DNA of 64,000 bases from Vitreimonas sp. (GCA_035627515.1 DASPLQ010000012.1:714331-778330), one strand, 5' to 3'; shown: positions 29,207-39,516, counted from the first letter of the stretch. The notes: generated by a model not told the origin, from the sequence alone. Translations and numbers: made by a program.

Positions 29207-29716
29207 TTAATTTCCTGCAAACGGCGAGCCAAATAAGCCGACAGCTAGTTCAACCCAAATCAAAAGGAAGACAAACACTATGGCAAGGGCGATAGCGATC
29301 CGTTGATTCGTATTCTTTACTTTACTACTGACAAATTCCAACATCAGACCCGTGGCTGAAAGGAGTACGCCCATGATCACAAAGTCACTCACTGTCCATG
29401 GCCATTGGCCTAATAAGGGGATCATTAACAGGGCAGCAGTTCCCAGTGCCACGCGCATCAAGCTTTGATTTTTCATAACAGGATTTCCTTTCTTACTTTG
29501 TATATGTTGAATAACAAGACTTTTAAGTATATCTACGCTGGTTCGTGCCCACAAATTAATCACTCCCTGTTCACGACGTTGTTGGTAACTGTCTTTAAGT
29601 GACTCACAAAACACAAACATCATTTCCTGCTCATACTCTTGTCTAAAACTCCTCGGATAGAGCTTGAGCAGAAAAGCGTACGTTTGTTCCGATTTTTGTA
29701 TTAAGGCCTTGCTCAT
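29207..29716 (-). CDS. PadR-associated membrane protein
   Basis: YAFLLKLYPRSFRQEY..EM N-terminal motif plus three TM segments. Confidence 0.7.
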   Translation of the reverse strand: MSKALIQKSEQTYAFLLKLYPRSFRQEYEQEMMFVFCESLKDSYQQRREQGVINLWARTSVDILKSLVIQHIQSKKGNPVMKNQSLMRVALGTAALLMIPLLGQWPWTVSDFVIMGVLLSATGLMLEFVSSKVKNTNQRIAIALAIVFVFLLIWVELAVGLFGSPFAGN

Positions 29717-30054
29717 ATTCCATAGGCTAAATTGGTCATGCCTAAACTATCAAAAAGATTTTTTCGCTTAGCTAGTTCCACGGCATCGTTATATCGTTCC
29801 AGTTCTGATGATAAAGACTTTCGGCCCTTCTCAGTTAAGGCATAGTATTTGCGGCGTGGATTATCGCCGGCAATTTCTTCGATCAAGTCTGAGTGGAGCA
29901 TCCGTTTGATAGAACCGTACAATGTTCCAGGTCCCAGCAACACTTTTTGTCCCGAGTCCTGTTCCACCTGCTTCATGATTTCATAACCATGCCGCTGTTT
30001 GATCGCCAAAGAGAGCAAAATATAAAATTCAGATTGTGATAAAGAAGTATCCAT
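29713..30054 (-). CDS. PadR-family regulator (start reassigned to ATG 30054)
   Basis: FYILLSL....HGYEIM, GPGTLY, RRKYYALTEKG. Confidence 0.9.
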   Translation of the reverse strand: MDTSLSQSEFYILLSLAIKQRHGYEIMKQVEQDSGQKVLLGPGTLYGSIKRMLHSDLIEEIAGDNPRRKYYALTEKGRKSLSSELERYNDAVELAKRKNLFDSLGMTNLAYGI

Positions 30055-30060
30055 TAACTC

Positions 30061-30090
30061 ATTATATATCGAACATCGATATATTGTCAA
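30061..30090 (-). promoter_or_regulatory. padR promoter and operator
   Basis: TTGACA-18-TATAAT on the - strand; TATATCGA-ACA-TCGATATA palindrome in the spacer. Confidence 0.75.
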
Positions 30091-30115
30091 ACGATATATT
30101 TGCTATACTGATGTC

Positions 30116-30916
30116 ATGCCTACGCTGTCAGTGCTCTGCTTCAACTGTTTTGGTAGCCCCATTTCTCTGAATAGAAAAAAGCGTTTTCCAGTGATTGCTC
30201 AAGAAATTGAGAAGTTTAATCCTGATATCGTGATGCTTCAAGAAGTCACCACTCCTCGCTCAAGTCGCTTGTTAGATAAGGAACTGCAAAAATTGGGCTG
30301 GCAGGCATATTTTACTCAAGGTTTGGTTTTTAGACGTGGCGGTTTGACGATGTATACCAAAAAACATCAACTGAAGTCACTTACTTTTCATCCTTTTACT
30401 AACCAAGGCCCACTCATGTCATGGTCTCTAGCCGATCGCATAGTCTGCAAAGGGTTCCAAAGTGCGGTATTGGAGTTCAACCAGCAAGATATCTTGTTAA
30501 TTAACACCCATGTCACCAGTAATTATGCTAAAGATAAGCAACGGGTTGGCTTCCAAAAACAACAGCTAGACCAGATACGAGTATTTATTAATACTCAACC
30601 ATATAAAGAAGTCATTTTAGCTGGGGATCTTAATTTTTCACCAGATTCAGTGATTATGAAGTCCTTTGCATTAAACTCACATCTGCAAGATACATTGAGT
30701 GAGGAAATAACTACCATTGATCCTAATAACGTCAAAGACAACTGGATTCTAAATACCTTTAGCAGTGAGGAGCCAATCCGAGTTGATTATGTCCTGGTGT
30801 CTCCGGCTATCCGCGTACAACAATGTGAAGTCGTGTTGAGTCGACCTTATGTGGTTGATAATAAACCCTGTTATCTCTCTGATCACTCCGGTATTTACGC
30901 TCAGTTGAACTTTTAA
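30116..30916 (+). CDS. Endonuclease/exonuclease/phosphatase (EEP) family protein
   Basis: FN, PDIVMLQEV, NTH, AGDLN, RVDY, LSDH. Confidence 0.9.
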   Translation: MPTLSVLCFNCFGSPISLNRKKRFPVIAQEIEKFNPDIVMLQEVTTPRSSRLLDKELQKLGWQAYFTQGLVFRRGGLTMYTKKHQLKSLTFHPFTNQGPLMSWSLADRIVCKGFQSAVLEFNQQDILLINTHVTSNYAKDKQRVGFQKQQLDQIRVFINTQPYKEVILAGDLNFSPDSVIMKSFALNSHLQDTLSEEITTIDPNNVKDNWILNTFSSEEPIRVDYVLVSPAIRVQQCEVVLSRPYVVDNKPCYLSDHSGIYAQLNF

Positions 30917-30945
30917 AATTGTTATCTGTTACAATCCAGGTACCT

Positions 30946-31362
30946 ATGAACATGTTTAAGTCTGTAAAAGCTGAAACTATTGAAGAATATTTCGATTCTT
31001 TGCCGTCAGATCGCCGAGAACCTATCAACTTCTTACACCGTTTTATCCAAGAAATGGCACCCAGCCTAAAACCACACTTTGCGTCTAACATGTTGGGATA
31101 TGGCAGTTTTAAATACAAAAATTATAAAAAAGAGATAATTGATTGGCCGACTATTGCTTTAGCAAGTCAAAAAAACTACATCAGTTTGTATGTTTGTGCG
31201 ATGAAAGATGGTGAGTACATCGCTGAAAAACATCAAGGAGAGCTGGGTAAAGTAAGTGTGGGCAGAAGCTGTATTCGCTTTAAAAAAATCGAAGACCTCA
31301 ATTTGAAAACATTAGAAAAAGTCATCAAAGCTGCCGAGAAATCACCTGGGCTTCAGGTTTAA
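30946..31362 (+). CDS. DUF1801 (YdhG-like) protein
   Basis: MLGYG.F.Y, LASQKNYISLY, GRSCIRFKK. Confidence 0.85.
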   Translation: MNMFKSVKAETIEEYFDSLPSDRREPINFLHRFIQEMAPSLKPHFASNMLGYGSFKYKNYKKEIIDWPTIALASQKNYISLYVCAMKDGEYIAEKHQGELGKVSVGRSCIRFKKIEDLNLKTLEKVIKAAEKSPGLQV

Positions 31363-31402
31363 AAGTATATTTATTTAACAATATAGTTCACTTTATTGCG
31401 CT

Positions 31403-33025
31403 TTAAATCTCCACTACTTTTCCGCCCATTCGATTAATAAAATAAGTGTCATGAGAGATATAAAGAATACCGCCTTCGAATTTTGAAAGAGCATTTTCGA
31501 GTTCTTCGATAGAGGGTAAGTCGAGGTGGTTAGTTGGCTCATCAAGAATCAAGAGGTTTGGTTCACCAATAAACATCTTGATGAGTTGAAAACGTGCTTT
31601 TTGTCCACCTGACAAAAACATGATTTTTTGTTGGCCATCAGCAATCGGATCAAAGAGATACTGAGCTAACAAACTTTTAACTTGTCTATCTTCAATAATA
31701 ACTTTTTTTTCTTTATAACTCAACCGGATAGCTTCTTCTAGCGGTAACTCCAAATACTTATCACTGATCTCTTGCTCATACTCACCAATTCGCAAGTCGG
31801 CTCCTAAGATGATCTCACCATTTAGCTGGAGAGCTTTCGGTTGTTGATGGTGAGCGAGTGCTAAGATGGTACGTACGAGGGTACTCTTGCCGGCGCCGTT
31901 TTTACCTTTGATAAAAACTCGATCATTATTTCGCATCGAAAAATGAAGGTGCTCAAAAACCGGTTCTTCATAACCTAAACTCAAATTTCTAATTAACATT
32001 AATTCCGTCCCGCTCTCACCCTCACCAGAGACTGAAATTCTAATATTTTTCTCCTTAAATTTCTGATAAGAGTCAACAACTTTCCCATCTAGTTCCTCAA
32101 CTGAATTTTGATCTATCCAAAACGAAGGTTTGACAGTCTCTGCTTTGATCTTTTCGTAGTCTCTGAGCCAATGATCATATCGAATTTTCCATTGTTTGCT
32201 TTTAGCACGCATTTGCAAACCCCACTCAACTCTTTTCTTGGCTTCTTTTAAGCGATTTAATTGATCAGAGTACAGTTTGACTGAGCTCAAGGTTTGAGTA
32301 GCATTTTGGGCGATATAGTGATCATAGTTACCCTTAAACACTTCAATCTTTTGATTCTTTAATTCAAAAATTTTCGTGACATGTTTGAGCACATCACGAT
32401 CGTGAGTGACCACTAACACAGTTTGAGACAAACTTTTCATCCACGAAATAAAGCGATCTTTCCCCTGGTAGTCCATGTGATTAGTTGGTTCGTCTACCAG
32501 CAATAAATCCGACCGTGAGAACATCATCCGAGTCATTTCGACATATCGTTTTTCACCACCAGAAAGATTGGCTAACGGTTGATGTGCGGCGTCATGAGGA
32601 ATATTGAAATCAGCTAAAGTACTTAAGATAGCATCAATAACATGAAAGTATCGTTTTTCTGTGAACTGCTCAAGGGTCCGCAAATATTGATCGGTATTGG
32701 TATTCAAGCCTTGCTCATAATCATCTAAAATTTTTTTGTACTGATAGAAATGGGGCACATCTTTCAAGATGTATTCGAGTGGGGAATGTGTAGTGCCACG
32801 TAAATGTTCTTGTTTAGTGAGCGTAATCCTCAGACCTTTACGTGTAGTGATCTTGCCGTCAAAGTCGTGGTCTTCGCCACTAAGCATTTTTAGGAGTGTT
32901 GTTTTGCCATAGCCATTTCTGCCAATCAAGGCAATTTTTTCTCCCGGCACAATCGTAAAAGCCACATCTTTAAATAAGTGTTTGGCACCAATGGATTTAG
33001 TAAGGTTGGTAGCTTCGATGAGCAT
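31403..33025 (-). CDS. ABC-F family ATPase
   Basis: Two ABC domains (GRNGYGKT/LSGGE/DEPTNH; GKNGAGKS/LSGGQ/DEPTNH); no TM segments. Confidence 0.9.
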   Translation of the reverse strand: MLIEATNLTKSIGAKHLFKDVAFTIVPGEKIALIGRNGYGKTTLLKMLSGEDHDFDGKITTRKGLRITLTKQEHLRGTTHSPLEYILKDVPHFYQYKKILDDYEQGLNTNTDQYLRTLEQFTEKRYFHVIDAILSTLADFNIPHDAAHQPLANLSGGEKRYVEMTRMMFSRSDLLLVDEPTNHMDYQGKDRFISWMKSLSQTVLVVTHDRDVLKHVTKIFELKNQKIEVFKGNYDHYIAQNATQTLSSVKLYSDQLNRLKEAKKRVEWGLQMRAKSKQWKIRYDHWLRDYEKIKAETVKPSFWIDQNSVEELDGKVVDSYQKFKEKNIRISVSGEGESGTELMLIRNLSLGYEEPVFEHLHFSMRNNDRVFIKGKNGAGKSTLVRTILALAHHQQPKALQLNGEIILGADLRIGEYEQEISDKYLELPLEEAIRLSYKEKKVIIEDRQVKSLLAQYLFDPIADGQQKIMFLSGGQKARFQLIKMFIGEPNLLILDEPTNHLDLPSIEELENALSKFEGGILYISHDTYFINRMGGKVVEI

Positions 33026-33044
33026 GAGATAGACATTATACCCT

Positions 33045-35066
33045 CTAGGTTGGATTATTGCAGTTTAATAACTCAGGTTGTGAATCGTAAAGTTTAATAA
33101 TCTTAGTGATATGTCTCTGCTTGGCATAGTCGCAAAGTTCATCATCAGTTAACGATTTTGCTGCTGGTAATTCAGTAGGTTGATAAAGTGATAATCCGGG
33201 ATAATCTGTCTCACAGTTGATCAATGACTGATTGGCAAGGATAGGTAATTCACTCAATGCACTAATCATTAGTGAACTGATATAACATCGACCATTAATA
33301 CTCCAAAGATTAGAGTCGGGTGGTAGGTAAACAGCTGCGGCTGAAAGTGGAGTATATAAATGTAGTTTTTCCAGTTCTCTTGTTTGCATGCTTAGTTTGG
33401 TGTCTTGGGCACTCGCCAGTGAAGTAATTTCTAATTGATAGGTATGATAGAAGGTCACCAGGTTAGCTGTGATTTTTATCGTGAGAATGCTAATTAAAAG
33501 CAGCTTTATCAGGTTAGTTACTTGAGACTGAGTGAGAGTGAGATGTAAAAATCGTGAACTCAGCTGGTTTAGCAACTGTGAAGCATTATTAAAAAGTGTG
33601 TTGCTGGTTACTAACAGCAACGATAGGGCTACCCATCGGTGATAATCTAATAAATAGTTAGAGAAAGAACGGGTGTTAAAGACCAATGATGGTAGTAATC
33701 CACCGAGGAGTAATACCATGACTACTTCCAAGGTAAGGAACTGGTAACTCTTGAAGGCTTTTTTTAACTTGGCTTTAGTTAGAGGTAGCTGCTGGATATA
33801 CGTTATGAAACCATATAACCATGTCGTAATAAATCCATATGCTAACCATAGCCATACTAACTTTTGATCAATAAAGTGTAGGTAGAAAAACGGCTCAAAA
33901 AAAATACTGTGTTCAGGTAAGTTAAAAAAAACAATACCAATCATTCCTACCCCAGCTAAACTCATCATGAAAAGAACAAAAAATATTTTTTTGTAGAGCT
34001 GAAGCCGAAGTGTGAGGTAGCCAAGTACGACTAATGCTAGATATAAATGTGACAACTTAATTAACGCTAAGCAACTTAAAGCTCCTAACAAAAGTGCTAA
34101 ATTAAGTAAAAGTGACTTTGAAAATTGTTGATTGATAACCGCTAAAATAATAGGCACTACTATCGGGATTAATAAAAAGGAAAATGTATTGGCAACCGTA
34201 TATGATTCATTAAATAAAAAAATATCGACGACACCAATTCGATTACTGATAGCAGTGGGAAGTAGGCCAATGATTATGCTAAAAAAGAGTAACCACCATG
34301 AAGTATTATGTGCCAGTGGCACGTTTTTTTCTCTTATTAGCTGGTGTTTAAAATATAATCCTAACTTAAGTAAAGCATGGACAAAGAGCGATACTATCAT
34401 TCCGTGAAAGCCAAATTGATAGAAGAAGACGGTTTTAATTTGTAATAACTGCGCAATGCCGGCAAACAGCAGGTGGGACCCAAAGTGGTATGGTGTCCAG
34501 ACTAAGCCATCCAGCCCAGTGGTAGGGTAAAGCTGATAACGTAAGCGATTGGTGAGTGCTGTATAAAAAACAGTATCAGGATGAGCGGTGCCAGCCAAGA
34601 TTTTGTGTGGCAATAAAAAGTTAAAGGTGTTGCTGAGGGCACCAGCTGTGAAAATCCATACTCCCATCACCAACGCTAAAAAAATAAGTAGCAAGACACT
34701 CTTAAATGAATTACTTCGCCACCATGTAAGCAGGTTCCTAGCAAATAGTACACCACCCCTAATGAACATGATTCCCACAATAAGCATGCTCACTGGAGCT
34801 GGTAAAAATAAACCGATCAAACTCAGCGAGACTATACTTAAAATGTAAAGTGTATTACTTCTTATTGCGTTATTGTGGGTAGAAAGCCAGTGAGAGTGGG
34901 ATTGGTTAATGAGGTACAAAGTCATCATGAAGACTTTTATGGCCGAGAAAAAATAATTCTCTATGCCTGTGGTAAAGAAGAGAAATGAACCCAAAATAGT
35001 AAGAGCTAGAAATGAAGAAAAAAGAGTGACTACTAACGAGTCAGTTTCGTACTGTTTTACAGTCAT
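33045..35066 (-). CDS. Polytopic membrane protein (possibly GT-C-like)
   Basis: Many TM segments; HPD..FY and YHFGSH loop motifs. Confidence 0.6.
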   Translation of the reverse strand: MTVKQYETDSLVVTLFSSFLALTILGSFLFFTTGIENYFFSAIKVFMMTLYLINQSHSHWLSTHNNAIRSNTLYILSIVSLSLIGLFLPAPVSMLIVGIMFIRGGVLFARNLLTWWRSNSFKSVLLLIFLALVMGVWIFTAGALSNTFNFLLPHKILAGTAHPDTVFYTALTNRLRYQLYPTTGLDGLVWTPYHFGSHLLFAGIAQLLQIKTVFFYQFGFHGMIVSLFVHALLKLGLYFKHQLIREKNVPLAHNTSWWLLFFSIIIGLLPTAISNRIGVVDIFLFNESYTVANTFSFLLIPIVVPIILAVINQQFSKSLLLNLALLLGALSCLALIKLSHLYLALVVLGYLTLRLQLYKKIFFVLFMMSLAGVGMIGIVFFNLPEHSIFFEPFFYLHFIDQKLVWLWLAYGFITTWLYGFITYIQQLPLTKAKLKKAFKSYQFLTLEVVMVLLLGGLLPSLVFNTRSFSNYLLDYHRWVALSLLLVTSNTLFNNASQLLNQLSSRFLHLTLTQSQVTNLIKLLLISILTIKITANLVTFYHTYQLEITSLASAQDTKLSMQTRELEKLHLYTPLSAAAVYLPPDSNLWSINGRCYISSLMISALSELPILANQSLINCETDYPGLSLYQPTELPAAKSLTDDELCDYAKQRHITKIIKLYDSQPELLNCNNPT

Positions 35067-35225
35067 TCTAGTATCATAACTCCCAAGTAAACAAAGTCGA
35101 TTGGAAAATAGGTCTCACATTTCCAGTAGGCATATTTTAGGTAAATCCAAAATAATAGTACGCCTCTGGTCTAGATTGGTATATGATACGGAGGCTAATT
35201 AACAATCATTACACAAGGAGCCTGC

Positions 35226-35642
35226 ATGCAATCCCGACTTAACCCCTATATCAATTTTAAAGACAACACTCGCCAGGCAATGGAGTTTTACCGCACTGTT
35301 TTTGGTGGAAAGTTAGATATGAATACATTTGGTGAATTTCACGCCTCTCAAGATCCGAGTGAAGCAGACAAAATCATGCATGCGATGTTGATCGCTGACA
35401 ATGGTATTACCTTCATGGCTTCTGATACCCCCAATAGTATGGAGTATCAGCCGGGCAAAAATATGAGTATGTCCTTGAGTGGTGACAACGAGGCGGAGTT
35501 AAAAGGCTATTGGGAAAAATTAAGTGAGGGTGCAACCATTACGATGCCACTTGATAAAGCTCCATGGGGGGACACTTTTGGTATGTTAAGTGATAAATTT
35601 GGTATTACTTGGATGGTTAACATCTCACCCGCTACCAATTAA
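35226..35642 (+). CDS. VOC/PhnB-family protein
   Basis: LNPYINF, AMEFY..VFGG, IMHA, PWGDTFG...DKFGITWMVN. Confidence 0.9.
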   Translation: MQSRLNPYINFKDNTRQAMEFYRTVFGGKLDMNTFGEFHASQDPSEADKIMHAMLIADNGITFMASDTPNSMEYQPGKNMSMSLSGDNEAELKGYWEKLSEGATITMPLDKAPWGDTFGMLSDKFGITWMVNISPATN

Positions 35643-35654
35643 CAGGAATATCTC

Positions 35655-36536
35655 ATGCAAAAAATCGTCACTCACTTATGGTATGACAAAGAAGCCGTGG
35701 AAGCGGCAGAGTTTTATACCTCTGTCTTTCCCAATTCTAAGATCAACTATAAAACCACGATTCATAACACGCCGTCCGGTGACTGTGACATTTTAAGCAT
35801 CGAGATTATGGGCCAGGAATTCATGCTCATTAGTGCTGGACCATACTTCAAGTTTAATCCTTCGGTTTCGTTTTTGGTATCCTGTAAAACTAAAACTGAA
35901 GTGGATGAGTTATGGGGCAAGCTTTCGGTGGGAGGGGCGGCGTTAATGGAGCTGGGTGAGTATCCTTTTAGCAAATGGTATGGTTGGACGCAAGATAAAT
36001 ATGGCTTGTCATGGCAAATAATGTTAAGCGATCAAGAAATAAAGCAAGTTATTGTTCCGACTATGATGTTTGTCGGGGATCAATGTGGCCGAGCCGAAGA
36101 AGCTATCACTTTCTACAACTCGGTCTTCCGTAATAGCAGTGTTGGCCATGTCATGCGCTATAACGAAGGTGAAGAGCCAGATAAAGCCGGTACTATCCGA
36201 CACGCGGGTTTTACTTTGGAAGGCCAAGAGTTTGCAGCTATGGACAGTGCGCAGGAGCATACGTTTGCATTTAATGAAGCGATTTCCTTCATTGTTCGCT
36301 GTGAAGATCAAACAGAGATTGATTATTATTGGGAAAAACTGTCAGCAGATCCTAAAGCCGAGCAATGTGGCTGGTTGAAAGATAAGTTTGGTTTTTCTTG
36401 GCAAATTGAGCCCACAGCGATGCAGAAAATAATGCAAGATAAGGATCAAGCGCGTGTTGATCGGGTCACTCAGGCTTTCTTAAAAATGAAGAAGTTTGAT
36501 ATTGCTGAACTCGAAAAAGCTTATGAGGGTAAATAA
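35655..36536 (+). CDS. Tandem-domain VOC (3-dmu-9 3-mt family) protein
   Basis: Two repeats ending YGWTQDKYGLSWQ and CGWLKDKFGFSWQ. Confidence 0.9.
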   Translation: MQKIVTHLWYDKEAVEAAEFYTSVFPNSKINYKTTIHNTPSGDCDILSIEIMGQEFMLISAGPYFKFNPSVSFLVSCKTKTEVDELWGKLSVGGAALMELGEYPFSKWYGWTQDKYGLSWQIMLSDQEIKQVIVPTMMFVGDQCGRAEEAITFYNSVFRNSSVGHVMRYNEGEEPDKAGTIRHAGFTLEGQEFAAMDSAQEHTFAFNEAISFIVRCEDQTEIDYYWEKLSADPKAEQCGWLKDKFGFSWQIEPTAMQKIMQDKDQARVDRVTQAFLKMKKFDIAELEKAYEGK

Positions 36537-36548
36537 CTATTCACAATC

Positions 36549-36935
36549 ATGCTAAAAATTTCAGTTAAACACAACAATAATAACTCGCCTAAGCAAATGT
36601 TATTGCGTGATTTTACTTTAGCTTTCGCCCAAGGTAATGAAGAATTCATTATTAGTAACATGGCTGATAATATCCACTGGGAAATGGTGGGGGAGAAAGT
36701 AATTGAAGGCAAAGAGGCAGCAACGGCTATGGTTAAAGAATCGCTTGACGGCAGTATTACAGAATTAGTCTTGGATTATGTTTTTACGCACGGGAGAGCC
36801 GGTTGTGTACAAGGTCTAATGACGTTTAATACTGGCAAAACCTTTAGCTTCTGTGACGTGTATGAGTTCTCTAGTTTGGGTAGGGATGCCAAAATCAAAA
36901 ACATTATTTCATATGTAGTGGAGATGAAAGTTTAA
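36549..36935 (+). CDS. SnoaL/NTF2-like protein
   Basis: NNSPK, DNIHWEMVG, THG, FCDVYEF, I.SY. Confidence 0.75.
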   Translation: MLKISVKHNNNNSPKQMLLRDFTLAFAQGNEEFIISNMADNIHWEMVGEKVIEGKEAATAMVKESLDGSITELVLDYVFTHGRAGCVQGLMTFNTGKTFSFCDVYEFSSLGRDAKIKNIISYVVEMKV

Positions 36936-36939
36936 CTGT

Positions 36940-37071
36940 ATGTCCATGCTAGCAGAGTATGAAGGGGGTAAAGGAACAATTAAATTTCCGCTCACCAAAC
37001 CTATTCCGTATGATTTGATAGCTAAGATTACGCAGTTTAGAGCTGAAGAAAATAGAGCAAAAAAGCAGTAG
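36940..37071 (+). pseudogene. DUF1801/YdhG C-terminal fragment
   Basis: MSMLAEYEGGKGTIKFPLTKPIPYDLIAKITQFRAEENRAKKQ*. Confidence 0.7.
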
Positions 37072-37079
37072 GAATCTGC

Positions 37080-38765
37080 CTACCTTTGGAGCCAGACTCC
37101 GCCGTATGCACCCAACTTAACCTGATTTTTTTTGATGATGACACGATTAACCTGAGCGATATTAGTAAAGCCTTTAGTTTCCAACGCCACTTCTTTAAGA
37201 GTGTTATCTAAGTTAACTAGGACAATAAACTGTGACGAGCCTATTTCATATTTAAGGGCAAAGACAGCCAGATCATGATGAGGAAGCCTGACAGGCTCAA
37301 TGTTTACATAGCGGTGTAATTTACTGCGTTGCTTTAAAAAATGAGAAAGAATTTTAAACAAACGTTTGCCCGTGGCTGATTGGAAATGTTTTTTAGTCAG
37401 GTAACCGCGATTAATGTTGCGGTTATCATTTTTTTCAGCAGCAGTTAATTTAGTTAAAGGAATATTTTTAGCTCCAAGCTCGTCACCATACGGAATTGCT
37501 ACACCATCTGGAAATGAAAGTAACAAAAAGTAAGCCATTAAAAATCGACGTGTTTTTTTTCCTAATAAAGAATACGTCCGGCCAGAAACTCCGTAGCCCT
37601 CACGGAATGAGGCGCCGCGAGGTAAGAGTTCGGTAGAAACTTCATCTTTAATGTTCTCTGGCAAGTATGCCAAGCTTAGTTCATCATGATTGCGCAAAAA
37701 GTTAATCCACTCTGCATGAATAGGAATTTTATTCATATATTTGAGTTTTTCCCAGATGAAGTTGACGTCTTTCTTAATAATACTGACCCACAAACTCGTA
37801 CAGAGATGAAAGTTATATGACAACTCAGCTTGTCGGACATTGGAGGTACCAAAGTAATCTATGACCGTAGGTAATGACTCATAGGTTTCCACAATCAGCG
37901 AACATTCAGGATTAATTTGACTTGCTAGCTGATTTAAAGCGGCAATAATAGCAAAGGTTCTCTCATGCTCACAATCAACTTTTTTGTAAGCTTCTTTACC
38001 AACAAAAGGAATAGCGTCAAGCCGAAAGTTAAATCCAAACTGCGCCCAGTACATTGTGATTTTTGCAAACTCAATAAAAACATCCGGGTTTAACCAATTG
38101 ACGTCAATTTGCTGAGGATAATAGGTATGATAATACCAATAGCAATCCTCAGCTTGTATCCAGTGGGGAACTTCACCTGCTGATTCTGGAAAAGCTATAT
38201 TAATGGTTTCAGTTTTGCCATCAACTTCATACTCACCCCAGACCGCCGCATCTTTATGAAATTTGCGGATGAATTTAGGCTTATCTGGACAATGAATAAA
38301 ATACTGCCGATATTTTTCATCACCTTGGACTGCCTTTTTAAACCACTGATGCTGGTCAGAAACGTGATTGAAAACTAAATCTATAAATACGCGTAGTCCT
38401 AACTCATCAGCTCGCTTTTTTATAGTAATTAAGTCGGAATGTGTTCCTAAGTCTGGACGAATTTTATAATAGTCACTGATATCAAAACCTTTGTCTATCA
38501 GAGGGGACTCAAAAAATGGCAAGATATGAAAAGCGGTACAACCCAATTCTTTAATATGGTCTAATAATGGCAAGAGCGCCGTTAGTGGTTTTTCGGTACG
38601 ACTGAGAATCGTATCAGGGTACAAGACATATAAATTGACAAATTTATACCACGAGAGATTGGGAAAAGGATTTGTGACTTTGTGTAAAGTTTGACTAAAC
38701 TTCTCTAATTCTGTGGTGATGCGAGACACATCATCAGGATAAAGCTCTGCTAGGTAACTCTGCAT
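37080..38765 (-). CDS. GH13 glycoside hydrolase (trehalose synthase/amylosucrase-like)
   Basis: DKGFDISDY, DLVFNHVSDQH, FRLDAIPF, IVE, FLRNHDEL. Confidence 0.85.
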   Translation of the reverse strand: MQSYLAELYPDDVSRITTELEKFSQTLHKVTNPFPNLSWYKFVNLYVLYPDTILSRTEKPLTALLPLLDHIKELGCTAFHILPFFESPLIDKGFDISDYYKIRPDLGTHSDLITIKKRADELGLRVFIDLVFNHVSDQHQWFKKAVQGDEKYRQYFIHCPDKPKFIRKFHKDAAVWGEYEVDGKTETINIAFPESAGEVPHWIQAEDCYWYYHTYYPQQIDVNWLNPDVFIEFAKITMYWAQFGFNFRLDAIPFVGKEAYKKVDCEHERTFAIIAALNQLASQINPECSLIVETYESLPTVIDYFGTSNVRQAELSYNFHLCTSLWVSIIKKDVNFIWEKLKYMNKIPIHAEWINFLRNHDELSLAYLPENIKDEVSTELLPRGASFREGYGVSGRTYSLLGKKTRRFLMAYFLLLSFPDGVAIPYGDELGAKNIPLTKLTAAEKNDNRNINRGYLTKKHFQSATGKRLFKILSHFLKQRSKLHRYVNIEPVRLPHHDLAVFALKYEIGSSQFIVLVNLDNTLKEVALETKGFTNIAQVNRVIIKKNQVKLGAYGGVWLQR

Positions 38766-38871
38766 AACGTAGTGATCATCCCCAAAAATGGAGTGTAATA
38801 AATGAGTAGTAGGTAAGAATTTGACATGAAAAACGGTTAAAAAGATTGATCAATGAGATAAAAAATATTTT

Positions 38872-39507
38872 TTATGCGCAAACTCTACATTCAGCTGAAG
38901 CGGAGCCTAACCAGGTATGTGGATTTCCATCCCAGCACCATCCTAAGTTCGGTTCCTTGTGACCATTAATCCAGATTGCCGGCACTCTCTGATCGCCTTT
39001 ATGTCGTGAGGCCAAAAGTGAAAAACAATTATTTTTCTTTAAAAAATCTGGGTAGTGAGTGACAATTGCTACCCCTTCATCAATAGTTAGAGGAGTACGA
39101 CCGGCTGTCGTAATGATTTTTAAAGCCTGATTGGGAGGAAGGTTAATATTCTCTTTCCCGCGATCGATATTCATCAGTAGATAGGCATTTTCAACTGGTA
39201 CCGGCACGGTTTCTAGGGTGGAAAAGTCGGTGGGTTGATGAGGAAACAATTTGGTGACACCAGCTTTGCCATCTTTTTCAATGACACTCATCGCGGTTTC
39301 AGTGGGCACCAGCTCACTTTTGATGACAATAACAAAAGATAATTTGCCCAGCTCAATGTCTATTACAAACTCCTCATTTTGAGAAAGTTTAGCTTTAAGC
39401 GGAGTGATTAAATCACTAAAAGCTTGTTCAGTGAGTCCTGCGGCCTGATGATATTTCTTATCAATTAAAGTGGCTAGCTGGTGGTCAAAAGCTTCATGAA
39501 GAGTCAT
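38872..39507 (-). CDS. DUF5701-like protein
   Basis: GRTPLTIDEG, NNCFSLLASR, RVPAIW, LGWCW.GNPHTWLGSAS. Confidence 0.75.
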   Translation of the reverse strand: MTLHEAFDHQLATLIDKKYHQAAGLTEQAFSDLITPLKAKLSQNEEFVIDIELGKLSFVIVIKSELVPTETAMSVIEKDGKAGVTKLFPHQPTDFSTLETVPVPVENAYLLMNIDRGKENINLPPNQALKIITTAGRTPLTIDEGVAIVTHYPDFLKKNNCFSLLASRHKGDQRVPAIWINGHKEPNLGWCWDGNPHTWLGSASAECRVCA

Positions 39508-39516
39508 AGGCTGATT

